From IMG/VR virus record IMGVR_UViG_3300037245_000888, positions 47,833 through 111,832 of that record: a stretch of DNA of 64,000 bases. One strand, written 5' to 3'. Source of the DNA: a virus. The translations under genes and the position numbers were made by a program. The notes beneath the pieces were generated by a model, which was not told where the DNA came from, made no database searches, and saw only the letters and a list, made by a program, of their open reading frames with translations. Below, one piece after another: positions 58,998 through 64,000 of this stretch (position 1 is its first letter; every line of letters begins with the position of its first letter).

Positions 58998-61619
58998 TTA
59001 TTCACGAATTATATCTAAAAACATTTCTGAATTATTATCATAAAGAGTCTTAAGCATCATTGCAATATTATTGACACCAACATCACTATCTTTAGTAGTA
59101 GTTGTTTTTATAAGAGAATACATTGTCTCTTTTTTAATTGCTATTTTATTTAATTCATATCCATAATATCTTATAGTATCAATACTTTTTTCATAAGACT
59201 CTTTTTTAGTAAGTGCTCTATTTGAACTTATAGAGAATAATCTATTTGATAGAGTGTTTACATATTCTATAAGCTTTTGTATCTGTTTATGATTAGAGTT
59301 TCTAAGATCAACTACATTCATTATGCTTTCAAATTCAATACTGTCTTTTCTATATGCATAATCTAGTTTACTCATTTCTAATGTCAGATAATCCATAGGG
59401 GTATCAAATCCCCTCAACGTACCTTTTTTAAATTTAGTTTCTGAAACACATCTCCAAAACATAGGCTTCTTTTTATCTATCTGATCAATTTCTCTAACCT
59501 CTTTTACTTCTTTTTCAATATCTATTGCATAAAATTTCTTTGCAAGATCAATACATATTCCAGACAACACTGTCATAACATCTACTTTATTTAATAATAC
59601 ACTTATATCATAACTTGATCCATTATTTGCTATTTTATCCCAATAATTACTCATTGCCTGTTGTCCTAAATTCACAACCTCACCAATCAATCTCTGAGAC
59701 TTTGCTAACTTATTATCTATAATAGCCATATCTAAACTTGTTAATCTATATTGAACTTTGTCACTTTCTACAGCATTTATACATACTTTGTATTCTGAGA
59801 AACATTTTTTAGCAACTCTTAAAAGTATCTCATGGTCAAATAATGCTAATGTATCTGAATCAAAATCACTTCCTGAAAGTATATCTTGTATCTCAAAATT
59901 AATACTATTTACTGCAGCTATATTCTTTGAGAAGTTAAAAAACCTTTTATATTCTTCTAAATGTTTATTAACTGAAACTAAAACATTTGAGCTACTTGTG
60001 TGAGGATTTCTAAAGCCTGTCAATTCTTTATTTTCTTCAAACAATATTGTATTAATCTCATTGTGTTTTAATATGCCCTCATAGTCAGGATTAATAACTC
60101 CATTAACTACAGGCAACATTCCAACAGCATGAAGTAATTCTTCATAAGGATTCCCAACCATAACTACATAGTCACCTTTTAATCTAAACTTTCCTTTTTT
60201 TACATGTTGCACAAATGATTTTATTTTACTTGTTCTATAATTTTTAAAGACTTTTGTTCCTACAATATTATTATTTGCTTTATACATTTCAGCAAACACT
60301 TCATTAGAATTCATAATATCTTTGTTTTTTAGTAAATACTCAGAAAAGAAATCATCATCATTTTTAAGTTTACTTATATAATCTTTCTCATATATCGTTA
60401 ATTCCTTTATATCTTCTTTTGTAAATGGCATACTGTTAACCATCTGATATGATGTTTGTTGTATATTGTCTCCTCTTTTAGATGCCTTCTCATTTTTAAC
60501 AACACCAAATCTACATCCTTCAGACTTAACTAACTCTCTCCAGTAATCATACATTCCAGATTGACTTCCATCCCCAACAAACTTACTAAACTTTAATGCT
60601 TTTAATGAAGTAGGTGACATAATTAATTCTACATCTTTAGCCAATATCTTATTTCCAAACATATCTTCTAATTCCCATGTATCATAATCTTGACCATCGG
60701 GACATAAGAATCTAAGAGCTTCTTGAATATTCGTATTGAATGCTGCACTCTTAAAAAAGTGATTTCTAAGAAGCATCATTGACTTACCTTTTTTAAAGTA
60801 TTTCATTGCTAATAATAATTGTCCATCAAATAAACTATTCTTAACAAAGGCCATTTCTCTATAACTTCTAAGCAATCCAGTTTCAGGATCAGTTCTTATA
60901 ACATTACACTCTTTTTCAAATATTGAATCAACATCAGATATCATTAACATTTTAGATGTTGGTATATTCACAATTGATTCTATGGCACTACCTACAAGTT
61001 TTTCATATGCAAGTAATCCAGCGAGGTCAACTTTAATGCCTTTCTTCATTAATTTTTTAATACCCATTCTACACCATAAGATAATTTTCTTAGCCAATGA
61101 TTTTTTTATATATAATGCTTGGCCTGTTCTTGATTTACTTCCACTTCTACCAAAGAAGACATATTGAACACCATCTAGTATAAATCCCTCATTATAGAAT
61201 AATGTTCTTAGATCATTTGCTTTAACTTCATACCAATCAATATGAGTCAATATTTCTTCTTTTTTAAGTTTTAAATTTTCAATGTATTCTAGTTTTGATT
61301 CAATTTCCTCTTCAGGTGTTTCTTCATTATCTAAAGACAAAGTAATCTTTACTATCTTTTTTTCTATCAGCTTGGCAATATCTTTATATGATTTAACCTT
61401 CCATGAAAATTTAACATTAATAATATCATTGCTGGTTTGTCTTTCTGATTTTTTATTTGTTTTTACTTTTAACCCTAACTCTTTTAATTTTATTGTTTCT
61501 AAAGAATAAGCAACACTTCCGTCATAAGCACAATCAAATTCAGATTCTCTATTCATTGCCTCATATATTTTACTTGCTTGAGTATTTCTTATATAGATTG
61601 ATTTACTTGATTCCGCCAA
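58998..61619 (-). CDS. yonO: YonO-like single-subunit DNA-dependent RNA polymerase (two-barrel, RdRP-related)
   Basis: 873 aa with RS.SKSRTG, FDGQ, LLRNHFFK, RNPH and catalytic GSDFDSD; SPbeta-like position upstream of the late genes. Confidence 0.85.
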   Translation of the reverse strand: MAESSKSIYIRNTQASKIYEAMNRESEFDCAYDGSVAYSLETIKLKELGLKVKTNKKSERQTSNDIINVKFSWKVKSYKDIAKLIEKKIVKITLSLDNEETPEEEIESKLEYIENLKLKKEEILTHIDWYEVKANDLRTLFYNEGFILDGVQYVFFGRSGSKSRTGQALYIKKSLAKKIILWCRMGIKKLMKKGIKVDLAGLLAYEKLVGSAIESIVNIPTSKMLMISDVDSIFEKECNVIRTDPETGLLRSYREMAFVKNSLFDGQLLLAMKYFKKGKSMMLLRNHFFKSAAFNTNIQEALRFLCPDGQDYDTWELEDMFGNKILAKDVELIMSPTSLKALKFSKFVGDGSQSGMYDYWRELVKSEGCRFGVVKNEKASKRGDNIQQTSYQMVNSMPFTKEDIKELTIYEKDYISKLKNDDDFFSEYLLKNKDIMNSNEVFAEMYKANNNIVGTKVFKNYRTSKIKSFVQHVKKGKFRLKGDYVVMVGNPYEELLHAVGMLPVVNGVINPDYEGILKHNEINTILFEENKELTGFRNPHTSSSNVLVSVNKHLEEYKRFFNFSKNIAAVNSINFEIQDILSGSDFDSDTLALFDHEILLRVAKKCFSEYKVCINAVESDKVQYRLTSLDMAIIDNKLAKSQRLIGEVVNLGQQAMSNYWDKIANNGSSYDISVLLNKVDVMTVLSGICIDLAKKFYAIDIEKEVKEVREIDQIDKKKPMFWRCVSETKFKKGTLRGFDTPMDYLTLEMSKLDYAYRKDSIEFESIMNVVDLRNSNHKQIQKLIEYVNTLSNRLFSISSNRALTKKESYEKSIDTIRYYGYELNKIAIKKETMYSLIKTTTTKDSDVGVNNIAMMLKTLYDNNSEMFLDIIRE

Positions 61620-61647
61620 ACATGACCTCCTTTTAAATTTTAACTAT

Positions 61648-61938
61648 CTACTCTTCACCATACATCTCTTCTAATTCCTCTTGTAAATATTCATAATCTC
61701 TGCTCCATTTTTGATCTTCTTCATCCCAGAAATCAACTCTTCCACATTCTGGACATCTCCATGCACTAATAAGCTTAAATCCTCCTCTAAAGAAAAACTT
61801 TCTTTCAAACACTAGAATATGCTCATTTAAATTATTAATGTGACAAGGTGCACATATTCTTTCTGTACCATCACCATTAAATTTAATCGATCTTCTATCT
61901 TTTATTTCATTCATGTCATTTCCTTCAAACTCTGTCAT
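61648..61938 (-). CDS. zinc-ribbon protein
   Basis: CAPC...WRCPECG. Confidence 0.6.
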   Translation of the reverse strand: MTEFEGNDMNEIKDRRSIKFNGDGTERICAPCHINNLNEHILVFERKFFFRGGFKLISAWRCPECGRVDFWDEEDQKWSRDYEYLQEELEEMYGEE

Positions 61939-61951
61939 CTTACCAATCCTC

Positions 61952-62290
61952 CTATTTTACTTTCCCATTTTCCGTTAAGTAATTCTTCCAATTTGTATCT
62001 GTAATTTTACATTTAGTTAATGCCAGTCCATGAAAATCAGCAAAGTCTCTCAGAGCATAAGCATCACCATACATGTCATACATCAATTTTCTAAACCATC
62101 TTTTCTCATCAAGTAAACTAAATCCATATACATCATAACATACTCTGATCACCAGAGCTTTATTTAATTTAATATACCACTTTCTTCTTTTCTCAGATTT
62201 AGTTAACTGAGTTGCTTCTATAATTCTCAACATACTATCTAATTTTTGTTTAGATGTGTGTCGATTAATTGCGTTGTTATTCTTTTTCAT
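61952..62290 (-). CDS. hypothetical basic protein
   Basis: ORF coupled to the upstream gene. Confidence 0.6.
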   Translation of the reverse strand: MKKNNNAINRHTSKQKLDSMLRIIEATQLTKSEKRRKWYIKLNKALVIRVCYDVYGFSLLDEKRWFRKLMYDMYGDAYALRDFADFHGLALTKCKITDTNWKNYLTENGKVK

Positions 62291-62742
62291 TACTCTTCTC
62301 CTTCATGTCCATGATCTATTTTAAATTGCTTAAACTCATTTCTCAGCTTAATCAACTCTTTACATTTATTATCATACTTCTTTTCTACATCTGAATTTAA
62401 TACAATTGAATCAAACCAAGTATCAATTGCAGCTTTTCTTTCACTATAAGTCTTATTAAACAATTCATCAAATTTATAAGATAATTCTTCCATTACATCA
62501 AAATTACTAAATGCTTCAAACAATTCATCTTTAGTTACCAGCTTCAATGCATATCTTAATGTCGATGGATAACATGGTGAATATTTAATTTTATTTGGAT
62601 CTTTTGGATTCTTTGGTGCAGTCCACAATACCCATTCATTTCCATTATGTCCTAACCGATGAATCGGACTAATCTGAACATAAACTGATCTACTGTTATT
62701 TTCTTCTTCTAATTCTTCATTTACTTTGTTCATTTCCGGCAT
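62290..62742 (-). CDS. hypothetical protein
   Basis: GGGAGG RBS. Confidence 0.6.
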   Translation of the reverse strand: MPEMNKVNEELEEENNSRSVYVQISPIHRLGHNGNEWVLWTAPKNPKDPNKIKYSPCYPSTLRYALKLVTKDELFEAFSNFDVMEELSYKFDELFNKTYSERKAAIDTWFDSIVLNSDVEKKYDNKCKELIKLRNEFKQFKIDHGHEGEE

Positions 62743-63064
62743 TCCACTTTCCTCCCTTATTACTTAATCTTTCAACTAACTCTTTATTTTCTAATTCATG
62801 TTCAATTTTTAAATGTTCATATAATGTATCCAAATTTATAAACTTTCTTTCATTTTCACTTAGGTTAGAAAACAGATCAATCAATCCCTTAATTTTAACA
62901 CTGTTACTAAATTTCATAAGCTTCTTGGCAATATTCTTTTCCATTATATTTAACTGATTACTAGAAACAACTTGCCTGTTATTTGGATTTTGTATATCAG
63001 CATATGTTTTAATTCCTTTTAAAGTATCAATGTTTTTATTGATCTCTTCAAACTTGTCTTTCAT
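62717..63064 (-). CDS. hypothetical protein, first gene of the yonO operon
   Basis: AAGGAG RBS downstream of a promoter. Confidence 0.6.
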   Translation of the reverse strand: MKDKFEEINKNIDTLKGIKTYADIQNPNNRQVVSSNQLNIMEKNIAKKLMKFSNSVKIKGLIDLFSNLSENERKFINLDTLYEHLKIEHELENKELVERLSNKGGKWNAGNEQSK

Positions 63065-63104
63065 ATCTCATCTCCTTATTCATTGTGTTATTTGCGATTA
63101 ACTT

Positions 63105-63133
63105 ATACTAACATGATACAATTTGCTTGTCAA
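63105..63133 (-). promoter_or_regulatory. sigma-A promoter TTGACA-17-TGnTAGTAT, probably driving the yonO operon
   Basis: TGTCAA at 63128-33 and ATACTA at 63105-10 on the + strand. Confidence 0.75.
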
Positions 63134-63217
63134 TGGTTATGTGAAAATAGATTTTATATCATGTAAATTACCCTTATTTTACCCAACCTCTGAAACCGTT
63201 GCAAATACACACTTATT

Positions 63218-63281
63218 TTGAGTCGGTACAAAATCACAGTTGAGTCGGTACAAAATCACAGTTGAGTCGGTACAAAATCAC
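63218..63281. repeat. three tandem 22-bp direct repeats (iteron-like) TTGAGTCGGTACAAAATCACAG
   Basis: Units at 63218, 63240 and 63262 (last unit 20 of 22 bp), no spacers, next to an AT-rich tract. Confidence 0.9.
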
Positions 63282-63412
63282 GTTTAAAATGGGAAAAAGT
63301 AACTAGGTATCTATCTTTGTATTTAATGTTATTATTTAATCATTATTATTTATTAATTAGAAAACGCAAAAGGACATTGCATTTTACTGTTTAGTTCTTT
63401 TTTATTCTATTA

Positions 63413-64000
63413 TTAATCTCCAATGAAATATGATCTTTGTTTGTGATTAACATATCTACGTTTACCATCTCCAATGTTTTCCTCTCCAACTTTATATTTT
63501 ATAGTGTTAGGTATAAATCTATTTCTAACTCTTCTGTATCCATCAATAAACTCACCTTGAAAGAATTCACATATTTTCTCCTTATGCATTAACTTAAAAT
63601 ACTTAGTTAATATAGCTCCATTTATTCTTAATGATTCAAATATCATTTCTCTACTAGGAGATGACATTCCATATCCATGTGTAGGATTATAGTAGTTCTC
63701 TAATAGGTAATACAATATAACAATTTGATATGGTTTCTTTTCTCCAGTATCTAATTTAACTAAACTTTCAAATCTTTCTTCATCCACCATTGTGAATATT
63801 TTACCTTCATCAATATATATAGATGATTTGCCATGGCTATTAAATCTCTTAAAGTCAAACTTAATATATCCATTTTCCTTTAATCTATCTAAAGACCTCA
63901 TTAATGTTCTATGATCATTTATAAAAGTTAGCTGCTTTAATTTGTTAGCTCTAATCTCAATAGTGTACCATGAGCCATTTTTGGTTCCTATAAGTTTTCT
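63413..64000 (-). CDS. tandem winged-helix protein, putative replication initiator (5' part outside window)
   Basis: Frame open to the window edge. Two wHTH-like segments (RTLMRSLDRLKENGYI; PSREMIFESLRI...YFKLMHKEKI). Iteron-like repeats downstream. Confidence 0.55.
   Translation of the reverse strand, partial: RKLIGTKNGSWYTIEIRANKLKQLTFINDHRTLMRSLDRLKENGYIKFDFKRFNSHGKSSIYIDEGKIFTMVDEERFESLVKLDTGEKKPYQIVILYYLLENYYNPTHGYGMSSPSREMIFESLRINGAILTKYFKLMHKEKICEFFQGEFIDGYRRVRNRFIPNTIKYKVGEENIGDGKRRYVNHKQRSYFIGD

Noticed and set aside
63218-63281. CRISPR-like array
   Set aside because: The repeats are contiguous with no spacers, and there are no cas genes nearby.

Overview
A 64-kb segment of a large AT-rich siphovirus-type phage or prophage of an anaerobic Bacillota (probably clostridial) host, organised like Bacillus phage SPbeta. 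The + strand (1-17.8 kb) carries replication and nucleotide-metabolism genes: DnaE, RecD2, a nuclease-UvrD fusion, an RNAP alpha-CTD protein, an HslV-like protein, NrdDG, dUTPase and ThyX. The - strand (64-17.9 kb) carries, in order, a tandem-wHTH Rep-like gene with 22-bp iterons, a YonO-like single-subunit RNA polymerase, tRNAs, a ~1.8-kb ORF-free structured-RNA island, then terminase, portal, protease, capsid, tail, lysis and receptor-binding genes. The most notable feature is a minimal Agr-like peptide-signalling cassette directly upstream of the endolysin and holins. It comprises an unannotated 33-aa AgrD-type propeptide (ring CFWIV), a short AgrB and an AgrC-like sensor with no kinase domain. 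Also notable are a ~620-nt ROOL/GOLLD-class RNA candidate among several tRNA-like RNAs, and a RecD2 helicase ending in an SSB-type tail (MDGDDDIPF). All calls rest on motif recognition, manual base-pairing and gene order; no searches were run.
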